This document shows positions 21,371-30,588 of a DNA stretch of 64,000 nucleotides, piece after piece (position 1 is the stretch's first letter; every line of letters begins with the position of its first letter). The position numbers and the translations under genes are program-made. The notes beneath the pieces are model-generated. The model did no database searches. It was not told where the DNA came from and saw only the letters and a program-made list of their open reading frames with translations. Origin of the DNA: an uncultured Gemmatimonadales bacterium. GTDB lineage: Bacteria > Gemmatimonadota > Gemmatimonadetes > Gemmatimonadales > Gemmatimonadaceae. The stretch lies in assembly GCA_963707505.1 (NCBI GenBank), contig CAVPQB010000006.1, positions 96,001 to 160,000 of the forward strand, in the 5' to 3' direction.

Positions 21371-22144
21371 CTAGAAATGCACCGACAACCCGGTCGACAC
21401 CACCGGCCAGACCTTCGCGTACCGATTGATATCCGACTGCGTCTTCTCCCGCTGCGCCGTAACCGCAGCGGCGAGCTGAGCATCCGATGATTCGTTGCTC
21501 GCATGCGAGATCGAGTGTTGGCGATCCGATCACGGCGCCAAGGTCAAACACCAGCCGCACCCGTCCGCCATGCCTTGCTGGCGAACCCCATCCTATGCCG
21601 GCATACCCACCAGTACTGGGAAATGCGAGCCTTCCGGTAAGAACGCCGACCTGCGCACTCGTATAATCCGTTCCGTTGAGATTGATGCTCCCGCTCGACG
21701 TTGGGACACCCGTTGCATTCACCGTGTTTGATGATCCGACTATCCCGCCAGTGAAGTGGAACGAACCCTGGTACGATGGGAATAGATCCACCAGCGCCGT
21801 GTAGTTCTTGAAGTCGAGCTGCGCGGCGTAGTCGACGCCCGAAAGCGTTTGTGCGCGATTGTGTTGAGAAAATTTGCCCCGGCACGCATTCCGACATGGC
21901 CCATGACCAGCTTGCTGACTTCGGCGCCGACGCCGAGCGTGCTTGCCCGCAGTGATATTGCCAGATCCAGCCCGCTTGCGCGTGGCGGCGCCGGAGGGGT
22001 TGCCGTACCAGCGGCCGAATCCGACTTTGCGAGGATTGAAGTCACGACTTCCTGGCCGGCCAACGGCCGTGTCGCGATGACCTGTGCGAGTCCAGCTGCG
22101 GCGCAGATCACCGTCACCTGCATGAACAATTGGCGAGCGAACAT
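21371..22144 (-). CDS. Outer-membrane beta-barrel protein (frameshifted)
   Basis: Signal peptide, [24 protein letters not shown], reconstructed C-terminus [12 protein letters not shown] with terminal Phe. Confidence 0.7.
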
Positions 22145-22365
22145 CCCAAGCTCCTGGTTGATTGTGGATCGAACGGCCAACGTCATTGTTGGATGGGCAG
22201 CACGTTGGAATTTCCCCGGCGGCCTGTTCCGGATCTTCGCGGCCACGCTGCTGGCCGTCTCGGTCGCCCAGGGTCAGGCTGGCGGTGCTACCTTATTCTC
22301 CTTCAGCGACGCACCTGACGCGATTGCACCACCGCCTGACTGGCGACCTCTCAACGAGCAGGGTG

Positions 22366-25300
22366 ATGACGGGCTGGCAATCCAGGGCTTGTGTGGCTCT
22401 CGCGTTCGCAGCGTGCTCAATCGCATGCAACGCATGCAGTCGTAGTGATGCGAGCCGCGTAGACCATGTTCGGCCGGGTAGTCTCCTCGCTCAACTCCGG
22501 GTCCCACGTCTCATTGAACCGCGACTCTCGGTAGAGACTGATTACGCATCCTGTCCGACCTCCACGTCGCCTGACACTGCAATCTCCACCTCCCGCTGTG
22601 CAGGTCCAGCCACCGATAGAGCTGCTCCACCATCTATAATTGCTCTCGCCACCCGTGCTGCAGCATCGATCCGGTCCGATGCCGATGCCGACGCTCTTCA
22701 CACTGCAGCGCTTGTCGATCTTGTTTGGGGGGACTCGGGAAAGAGCCTGGACCAGTCCATCTCATACTTGCGGGCGGCCGCCAGACAAGACAACGCCGCA
22801 GGCACGCTTGCAGATCTGTCAGCCGCGCTGCTGGTGCGAGCAGGCCGTACTCAGGACTCGGGAGACTTGGTGGAGGCGATGGAACAGGCGGATCGGGCGA
22901 TTGCGCTGGAACCGCGCAACGTAGCTGCGCGGTACAACCTCGCGCTCGCACTCGAGCGACTTGACCTCACGAGTGAAACCGATTCGGCATGGACCAGCTA
23001 CGCGGCGATAGATCGTTCTTCGCCATGGACAAACGAAGGGCATCGACGACGCACCGATACACGAACCGCACTCCACGCTTCACCCACGCCGAATAGCACC
23101 CGCTCGGAAATCGAGACGTTCGTCGCGAAGTCGCCCCAGGCAGCGCGCGAGCTTGGCTGGGACCACGTACTCGGTGCTTGGGCTACGGCACAACTGCAAC
23201 GCGACACCGCAGAAGCCGCTCTGCAGTTGCAGTTCGCGACCGCAATTGCTACCGCCCTGTCGCGCCAGAAACGCGACCCGACGCTCAGCGATGCGGTGCA
23301 TGCAATAGATGGAGCAGCGGCCGACCATCGCGTACTCGACTCGCTTGCCACGGCACACCAGGCGTATGCCCGAGGGCGCTCACTGTACGGTGCAGGTAAC
23401 TACGTAGCCGCGAGTCCGCTATTCGCCCTTGCTACGTCACACTCGGCTCGCTCGCCGGCTCTTTTACGTTGGTCGCGCCTGCATCTCGCTGCAACGCTCG
23501 TGTATCAGGGCCGAGCCAGAAACGGCGAGCAGATCATGCGAGAGGTCATCGCCACGACGGATACGATTCGGGAACCCGCACTCGCCGCGCGCGGCCTGTG
23601 GATGTTGGGAACGACGCTGCTGCGCGCAGGTCGCTATGAGCGTGCGCGCGATTCATTCCAATCGTCACAGGCATTATTTGCGCGCGCCGGTGAGATACAG
23701 AATTCAGGAGCCGTTGTGTTGCTCGAGGCGCGAACCCAGTTCGGGCTGGGCGACAACCCTGGCGGCTTCGCAGCAATGCGACACGGATTGATGACGCTCC
23801 GCCCGTATCACGGCTCTGTCTGGGTGCACGACATCCTGATTGCCGCCACAGATGCAGCTCTGAATGAAGGGTTCTCGAACGCAGCGCTGCATTTCGAGGA
23901 TGAGGACGTAGCAACAGTCATTGACGCAAAACCAGCGATCTATCTGACCGAGGCCCGTCTTGGGCGTGCAAAGCTCCTGCTGAATCGCGGTGAGATGACG
24001 CGTGCATCGCCCGATATGACCGCAGCGCGCCGGTTGATAGATAATACGCCTGCCTCTCTGGCACGCGATTGGGCAACAGCCGATTTACAATATGACAACG
24101 CTCTGGCTTCGTACCGACGACAGCCCGGTGTTGCGGTCGCCGCTCTAGATTCGGTGATCGCCTTCTTTGGAACCGTGCACAACGTCGCGCGTATCGTGCC
24201 TTTCCTCGTCGCCAGAGCAGATGCTCAACTTGCTCGCGGCGACATGGCACGCGCAACAGCAGATCTGGATCACTCGAGTCTCCTGCTCGCAAGTGAAGGA
24301 AATGATATACGAACGGAGTCTTATCGGGCATCGCTCCTCGACGCAGCTCGGCCGGTGTTCGATCGGTTGGTTGCACTGCACGTAGATGCCGGTCGCGCAA
24401 CCGATGCACTGAGTGCACTCGAGCGGGGACGGGCGTTTGTCTCACCCGCTATTAATGCGAGGCCTGGCCTTCGTGATGACCATGTGAAAGCACCGGACGG
24501 ACAGGTGGTGCTCGAGTACTCATTCGTCGGCGACACGCTGGTTACGTGGACCGTTCGCGATACGGTCGTACGCATGCGTCGCGCAACGGTGCCGCGTCAA
24601 CTCTTGATTCGCACGTTGGGTACGGCCCTAACGGCACTCGAGATGCAAACAGCCGATTCCAATGCAGTTCGGACACTCTCGACACTCTACGACTGGCTGG
24701 TGACACCGATCCAGAACGACCTTGGCTCGCCAGGTACGCCTGTTGTGATCATCGCCGACGGCGATATTGCGAGCGTGCCATTCGCTGCGTTGCTTGACGA
24801 GGGAAGTGGCAAGTATCTTGTGGAGTCTCATTCGCTACGGTTCGCTGCTACGATGCACGATGCGCTCGTCGCCAAGCGCGATGCACGCATTCGTCCGAAG
24901 CGCGCGCTCGTCGTCGGAAGTCCGGCCTTTGACCGCCGCGCATTTCCATCGCTGGACCAGCTACCTGGAGCCGCGCTCGAAGCCAGTGCCGTCGAACATG
25001 AATATCCGGATGTAACAGCACTCACAGGAAAGGCCGCGACTGTCGCAGTTGTGGAAGCGAAGATGGCGGATGCCGACATCTTTCACTACGCGGGCCATGC
25101 GATCGTGAACGATGCGTATCCTGACCGTTCATTTCTGGTGCTTTCTTCAGCTGGACCCGGCACGACCGAGTCCGCTGAGTTGTCTGCATCGCGCATACGC
25201 CAACTTGATCTTCGGAAAGTAAGACTCGTTGTGCTATCGGCGTGCGAGACACTTCGGCCGCAGGATGGGCGTTCAGGAGGCCTCGCCGGGCTCGCGGCCG

Positions 25301-25518
25301 CGTTTATCGCCGCGGGCGCCGGTGGTGTTGTAGGCACACAGTGGCGCGCCAATGATCAGACAGCCGTGACATTCATGAAAGATCTTCACGCAGAGCTTCG
25401 TCGCAATGAGAACGGCGCTACTGCGTTGCGTAACGCGCAGTTTCACATGATCCGATCGCCGGATCCTGCGCTCAGATCCCCTGCCGCGTGGGCCGGATAT
25501 CGCTACGTGGGTCAGTAG
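22366..25518 (+). CDS. TPR + CHAT (caspase-like) domain protein with N-terminal export/lipoprotein-like signal
   Basis: TPR-like ARYNLALALE; CHAT motifs IIADGDIASVPFAAL, LPGAALEA, FHYAGHA (His), VLSACET (Cys), AFIAAGA..VVGTQW, WAGY. Confidence 0.9.
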   Translation: MTGWQSRACVALAFAACSIACNACSRSDASRVDHVRPGSLLAQLRVPRLIEPRLSVETDYASCPTSTSPDTAISTSRCAGPATDRAAPPSIIALATRAAASIRSDADADALHTAALVDLVWGDSGKSLDQSISYLRAAARQDNAAGTLADLSAALLVRAGRTQDSGDLVEAMEQADRAIALEPRNVAARYNLALALERLDLTSETDSAWTSYAAIDRSSPWTNEGHRRRTDTRTALHASPTPNSTRSEIETFVAKSPQAARELGWDHVLGAWATAQLQRDTAEAALQLQFATAIATALSRQKRDPTLSDAVHAIDGAAADHRVLDSLATAHQAYARGRSLYGAGNYVAASPLFALATSHSARSPALLRWSRLHLAATLVYQGRARNGEQIMREVIATTDTIREPALAARGLWMLGTTLLRAGRYERARDSFQSSQALFARAGEIQNSGAVVLLEARTQFGLGDNPGGFAAMRHGLMTLRPYHGSVWVHDILIAATDAALNEGFSNAALHFEDEDVATVIDAKPAIYLTEARLGRAKLLLNRGEMTRASPDMTAARRLIDNTPASLARDWATADLQYDNALASYRRQPGVAVAALDSVIAFFGTVHNVARIVPFLVARADAQLARGDMARATADLDHSSLLLASEGNDIRTESYRASLLDAARPVFDRLVALHVDAGRATDALSALERGRAFVSPAINARPGLRDDHVKAPDGQVVLEYSFVGDTLVTWTVRDTVVRMRRATVPRQLLIRTLGTALTALEMQTADSNAVRTLSTLYDWLVTPIQNDLGSPGTPVVIIADGDIASVPFAALLDEGSGKYLVESHSLRFAATMHDALVAKRDARIRPKRALVVGSPAFDRRAFPSLDQLPGAALEASAVEHEYPDVTALTGKAATVAVVEAKMADADIFHYAGHAIVNDAYPDRSFLVLSSAGPGTTESAELSASRIRQLDLRKVRLVVLSACETLRPQDGRSGGLAGLAAAFIAAGAGGVVGTQWRANDQTAVTFMKDLHAELRRNENGATALRNAQFHMIRSPDPALRSPAAWAGYRYVGQ

Positions 25519-25550
25519 TTACAAACCACTAATCACAAGGAGTCGCCGTA

Positions 25551-26354
25551 ATGCCGTTCGACCTGCGTGTCACCTTTTCGGGAATGTGCTTGTTCGTGCA
25601 GGATGCAGGAACTGGACTGACGCACGTACTGTTGTTGGCGCCAGACCAATGCATTCCGATGTCAATGCCTAGTTCTGCCACGCAGGGCATGTCGCGGCAC
25701 TACCCCCGAGTATTCTACTCCTCATCCTTGGATGGAGCTCCGGAGTCGCTTCCGGCGTCGCCATTTCGGTGTGTGTCGATCGACGACAAGTTGCTGGATT
25801 TCAGCGGTTTACCCCACGACTCCTCCGGATTGACCTTGCCAGACGCAATCGTTCGCCTGGACGTTCCCCCATTGGAGCGCAAGTGGATCGGTCAAAATCC
25901 TACCGATCCGATTTCCGCGCGCGTGGTTCTGCCGTCCACCGGATATATGGAGTATTCACACTGCGTGAGCTGCCATCTGGGTCAAACTCCCGTGCCTGCC
26001 GCAACTCAAGTGACATGGGTACTACGAGATGTGGATGCTGGCGCACTCGAATGGCGCCTCGATGGATTGCGAAAGGACGGCGGTGTCCCGCTGCCGACAC
26101 TTAACCCGCGCATGACGCACGGAACGATTGAATTACGCATCAAAAACGCCGTGCACGACTGCACAGTTCCCGAGGAAACTATTGGACTGCCGCCTGCCGA
26201 TGGCCGCGTGCCACATTTTGCCGCGTACTACACTCCCTTCGGGGTCTCCGGACAGGATCTAATGATTGACAACCCCCAACCTAGTGCGCGTGGTACGGTC
26301 AAGATCAATAGCGACAGTTATACGTGCATGACAGCGCAGGGCCCTCTGACCTAG
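25551..26354 (+). CDS. Hypothetical protein directly downstream of the CHAT gene
   Basis: SD AAGGAG; 267 aa, MPFDLRVTFSGMCLFV; beta-rich, several Cys. Confidence 0.75.
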   Translation: MPFDLRVTFSGMCLFVQDAGTGLTHVLLLAPDQCIPMSMPSSATQGMSRHYPRVFYSSSLDGAPESLPASPFRCVSIDDKLLDFSGLPHDSSGLTLPDAIVRLDVPPLERKWIGQNPTDPISARVVLPSTGYMEYSHCVSCHLGQTPVPAATQVTWVLRDVDAGALEWRLDGLRKDGGVPLPTLNPRMTHGTIELRIKNAVHDCTVPEETIGLPPADGRVPHFAAYYTPFGVSGQDLMIDNPQPSARGTVKINSDSYTCMTAQGPLT

Positions 26355-26366
26355 CTTATCCAATTG

Positions 26367-27365
26367 TCATGGAGCGTCGCTGCCGAACATCGACAGCACT
26401 GTCGTCAATGTGCTCGAAATTGTGCTCCAGTTCGGATCAACCTCCGCAACACCGCTCCGAACAGCTTCGACAGCGCGAGCGGCGTTTGCATCATCCATGG
26501 TCGATTTTTGAATGTTCTCCATCAGCTTCGTAGACTCGCGCGTGCGGAAGAACTCCGCATCGCGCGAGGCCGCGGCGATACGCGCGGCCTCGATCCACGC
26601 GCCAATCTCGATCATCCGCGCATCCGGAAGCTGGCGCACGGCCGCACTCGCATGGTCCAGTGACGCGTCAATCGACGACTGCGATTCTCCCGATCGCCCG
26701 GCAATGCCACGATACATCGACGCAATCGGCGCGCCGACCGGCATCTCATCGAGCAACGCCGATGCTGATAACGCGAATCGCACCGCACTCGTGTCCCCCG
26801 ATCGCGCCGCGATTTCAAGATCCGTCAATCTGGCTCCCAGCCGTGCTGCACGCGCGTCGGATGACAAAGTCTCCGACGATCCCCTGCTCGCCGTCCAAGG
26901 CGTGTCATTCCACTCTGCCGGTATATTCACGCCGCGTGCGACAAGACTGACGGCATATTGCGTGACGACCGGCGCAGATGCCGGACGCCGCTTTGCCCAC
27001 ACTAGTGAAATTCCCGCGATCACAGCGAGAGACGCGGCGAGCGCCACCCAACGGCCGAGCGACATCGCGCCTGGCTTTGCTCCAATAGCCGATCGCGCCG
27101 AATCGATGCCTACAACTCCCCCCCCCCGAAGATCGTCCAGCGCGCCGAGCGCATCCGCGAGCACGTCGGCATCCTCGTCCGATGATGCAATGCGCGCGAT
27201 CAGCGCCGAGTGTGCGGCACCATCGAGTCTGCCATCGATCAGCGCCGCCAACTCCTCGGCGTCCAGTCCGCGTTGGCTCACTTCTTCTCCCTCTCCCGGC
27301 AGCGCTGCTTCGTTAGATGGACGAGTCGATCCTTTATCTTCATTCCCGCTGTGGTTGTCGCTCAT
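26367..27365 (-). CDS. Putative membrane anti-sigma factor
   Basis: LDAEELAALIDGRLD anti-sigma-like N-terminus, one TM helix WVALAASLAVIAGISLVWA, C-terminal extracytoplasmic domain; ATG overlaps the reconstructed sigma stop (ATGA). Confidence 0.7.
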   Translation of the reverse strand: MSDNHSGNEDKGSTRPSNEAALPGEGEEVSQRGLDAEELAALIDGRLDGAAHSALIARIASSDEDADVLADALGALDDLRGGGVVGIDSARSAIGAKPGAMSLGRWVALAASLAVIAGISLVWAKRRPASAPVVTQYAVSLVARGVNIPAEWNDTPWTASRGSSETLSSDARAARLGARLTDLEIAARSGDTSAVRFALSASALLDEMPVGAPIASMYRGIAGRSGESQSSIDASLDHASAAVRQLPDARMIEIGAWIEAARIAAASRDAEFFRTRESTKLMENIQKSTMDDANAARAVEAVRSGVAEVDPNWSTISSTLTTVLSMFGSDAP

Positions 27366-28143
27366 TGTCCGATCGTACCTACCAACGACTGTGCCTGCTC
27401 TCGCGAGACACCAGAAGCTTCGAGTTGCGCGCGTAAACTGCCAAGAGCGCGATCGATTCGTCGATACAGTGATTTTTCGGCGGAAGAGCCAGCACGCGTG
27501 CAACGTCCGCGACGCTCAACTTCTCCCAGTACCGCATGCGAAGCATCAATCGCTCCTCCGCTGGGAGCGTCCCGAGTGCGCGAGTGAGCGCAGCTTCGAT
27601 GGCTGTCCGTTCGTCATCGTCGGCGCGCGATGAGACAAGGTCGTCCGCACCATATTCAGCCGACGTGACAGCGAGCGATTCCGGCCCCACCTCGACCGGA
27701 CGCAACGGCGCCCGCCGTGGAAACCTGGCGAGCATTTCGGCGAGTTCTCGCGGCGAAGGGCTGTTCGCACTCGTTGTGCGCAGCGTTTCAATAGCCTCGT
27801 CGAATGACAGCCCGTCGCGATACACAAGCGTCTCGAGTCGCAGCGCGATCGGGCCGCTGGCGCGCGCAACGGCGGACGGACGCCACCGCCCCCATCTCTC
27901 CGCCCGATAATCGCGAAACGCCATTGCGATGACGACCGTCAGATACGTCGTGAGCGAGCTGTCTCCCCGGAACTTCGCCAGCACGGCGTAACCGCTTTCT
28001 ACCAGTCGCGCGTTGAACGACGATGTGAAGTCTTCGGTATCTTCGCGACTCAGCGAGTGTCGGCGGCAGATCGACGATGCAATCCGCTCGATTGCACCGA
28101 TGTGCTGTAGAAAGAGTGCTTCAAGATCACCCCCCTCAGTCAT
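27362..28143 (-). CDS. ECF sigma-70 family sigma factor (frameshift in the A5 run near 27475)
   Basis: Region 2 (EDF..KFRGDSSLTTYLTVV..RDY) and region 4 (LPAEERLMLRMRYWEKLSVADVARVL..LYRRIDRAL..LR). Confidence 0.85.
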
Positions 28144-28332
28144 CAGCGATCTCGCAAGGAATTTCCGCCCGCCATGCCGGTCCCGCCGGGGACGTCGGAA
28201 CATAAGGTACGACTGCCCGGAACGCGTGGCAACGATTCACGGGAGATACACACGCTTCGAATCTGTTGCAGACCAGCCAGCGAACGGTCGCAAAGATTGA
28301 AATCGTGAGCCACGCGCCAAAATGTCAGACAA

Positions 28333-28361
28333 CGAAAAAATCCCCGCCTGCATGGCGAGGA
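28333..28361 (-). terminator. Intrinsic terminator after tRNA-Gln
   Basis: Minus strand tcctcgcc-atgca-ggcgggga-TTTTTT. Confidence 0.65.
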
Positions 28362-28369
28362 CCCTTCAA

Positions 28370-28442
28370 TTGCCCCTCCTGGGGTCGAACCAGGACTCTT
28401 CCGCTCCAGAGGCGGACGTGTTGCCAGTTACACCAAGGGGCA
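28370..28442 (-). tRNA. tRNA-Gln (CTG)
   Basis: TGCCCCT/AGGGGCA acceptor stem, anticodon arm tccgc-ctCTGga-gcgga, GGTTCGACCC T-loop; CCA not encoded. Confidence 0.93.
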
Positions 28443-28647
28443 TCGGCCGAATTCCTTCCCCGGCAGATCCACCAAAGCTAAACCCACACCACACCCCCAT
28501 CAACCCCAATCAGCCCGCCCCATCGGGCACAAACAACCCTCGCGCCCCGGCGCGCGTATCTATATACTGTGCAACCGGAAACGACCGACTGGGCATGGGT
28601 CCATCCCGCGCCTGCGTTATCCGGCCGATTACCCATTGCCACCAGCC

Positions 28648-30373
28648 ATGAAACGCTTCGCCATCATCGCGGCTTCCATGCTCGCGCCTGCGCTCCTTGG
28701 AGCCCAACAGGCACCTGGAACGGAAGCACCGCCGACCGTCGTCCCCTACCCGCCGACGACGCTCCCGCTCAAGCACGCTGCACAGCCTACGACATCGGCG
28801 ATCACCGCGCAGGACCTCATGACGCGGCTCTACATCTTCGCCGACGACTCCATGCAGGGCCGCGAAGCCGGCACCATCGGCAACTTCAAGGGAACCAGCT
28901 ACATCGCAGCCGAAGCCAGGAAGATCGGACTCATCCCCGCCGGTGATAGCGGCGGCTACTTCCAGACGATTCCGCTCAAGGTGAGATCCATCGATCCGAA
29001 ATCGAGTTTCACCGTCGGTGATGTCGTCCTCGAATACGGGAAGGACTGGGTCGCCACAGGCTCCAAGTCGGTCGACGCCAGCAACGTTCAGCTCATCTAC
29101 GGTGGTGTACTTGGCGACACCACCCAGATGATCAAGGCCGGCGAGGGCGCTGGCAAGATCGTCGTGTTCACGATGCCTCCCGGCGCATCGCCAAGCGCGA
29201 TGCGCAGTGCCGCCAGAGCAGTCGCAGGCGCAGTCGCCGTGGGCATCATCGGACTCGACCAGTTCATGCCGTTCTTCACCCGTCCGCAGACATTTGTGGA
29301 TGATCCGAGCAACGGGCCTGCGCAGGCACCGCCACCGACGATCCTCCTCTCCAAGGCCGCGGCCGACAAGCTCACGGAAGGTGCGCCTGCACTCACACCA
29401 GGGCTCGTCGACCCGAACCCCGGCAAGCTCGACCTCAAGCTTTCCGTCGAGCCGGTACCCTATCCCGCGCGTAACGTGGTCGGGATCATCCGCGGTAGCG
29501 ATCCCAAGCTCGCAGGTGAGTACGTCGCGATGGGCGCGCATAACGACCACATCGGCTTCAATAACCGGCCGGTCGATCACGATTCACTGCGCTTCTTCAA
29601 TCACATCGTGCGTCCAGGGGGCGCCGAGGATGGCGCGAAGCAGGCGACCCCGGAGCAGCAGGCTGAGGTGAACAAGGTCCTCGCCGCATATCGCGCGGGA
29701 CATCCGAACTCGGCGCGCCCCGATTCGATCTCCAACGGCGCCGACGACGATGGCTCTGGATCCGTGAGCGTTCTCGAGATCGCACAGAAGATGGCGTCGA
29801 CCAAGCCCAGAGCGCTCCATCATCTTCGTCTGGCACGTCGGCGAGGAAAAGGGCCTGCTCGGCTCGACCTACTTCACCGATCACCCGACCGTCCCTCGTG
29901 ACTCCATAGTCGCACAGCTCAACATGGACATGGTCGGTCGTGGCGACGCCTATGACATCACCGGCAAGTCGAAGGACGGCGCCATCCTGCGCGGCAGCCC
30001 GAACTACCTGCAGCTCGTCGGCTCTCATCGCCTGTCGACAGAGCTCGGTAACATGGCCGAGTCGGTGAACAAGGATGGCAAGCACGGCCTGGTGTTCGAT
30101 TATTCGATGGATGCCAACGGTCACCCGGACAACATCTACTGCCGCAGCGATCACTACGAGTACGCGCGGTACAACATCCCAATCATCTTCTTCACGACCG
30201 GCCTGCATTCCGATTACCACCAGGTGACGGATGAGCCTCAGTACATAGACTACAACCACATGGCGCGCGTCGATAACTTCATCGAAGACCTCGCCATGCA
30301 CGTCGCGAACATGGACCACCGTCCAGTCGTCGACGGGCCGCACATGGATCCTCACGGAAGCTGCAAGCAGTAG
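28648..30373 (+). CDS. M28 family aminopeptidase (frameshift near 29810)
   Basis: Signal peptide; ADDSMQGR, GAHNDHIG, NGADDDGSG, GEEKGLLGS, LNMDMVGR, RSDHY, DYHQVTD. Confidence 0.9.
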
Positions 30374-30393
30374 GCTTCCTGCAAGGTTTCTGA

Positions 30394-30436
30394 TAAAAGA
30401 AGGCGCGAACGGAACTCTCGTTCGCGCCTTCTTTTA
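30394..30436 (+). terminator. Intrinsic terminator (bidirectional form)
   Basis: taaaagaaggcgcgaacg-gaactct-cgttcgcgccttctttta. Confidence 0.85.
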
Positions 30437-30588
30437 TTGAGACAGTGCGCTTCGCCCTGCGGCCTCATGCAACGTGGACGCGCGCGCGGACGTATCAGTA
30501 TAGTTGTGATTTTTGTCATCTTCCCGTAAGGTTGACGGTGCACCAGCCGCCTGATTCCTCCCCTCTTTCCACCGCTTGGAAACATTTG

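Noticed and set aside
18700..28442. Active integrative element at tRNA-Gln
   Set aside because: No integrase, no duplicated tRNA 3' end seen, and the tRNA keeps its own terminator
30505..30520. CRP/FNR-like box TGTGA-N6-TCATC upstream of the TonB receptor
   Set aside because: Imperfect single instance; a similar string near 40165 has different spacing; no riboswitch recognised here either
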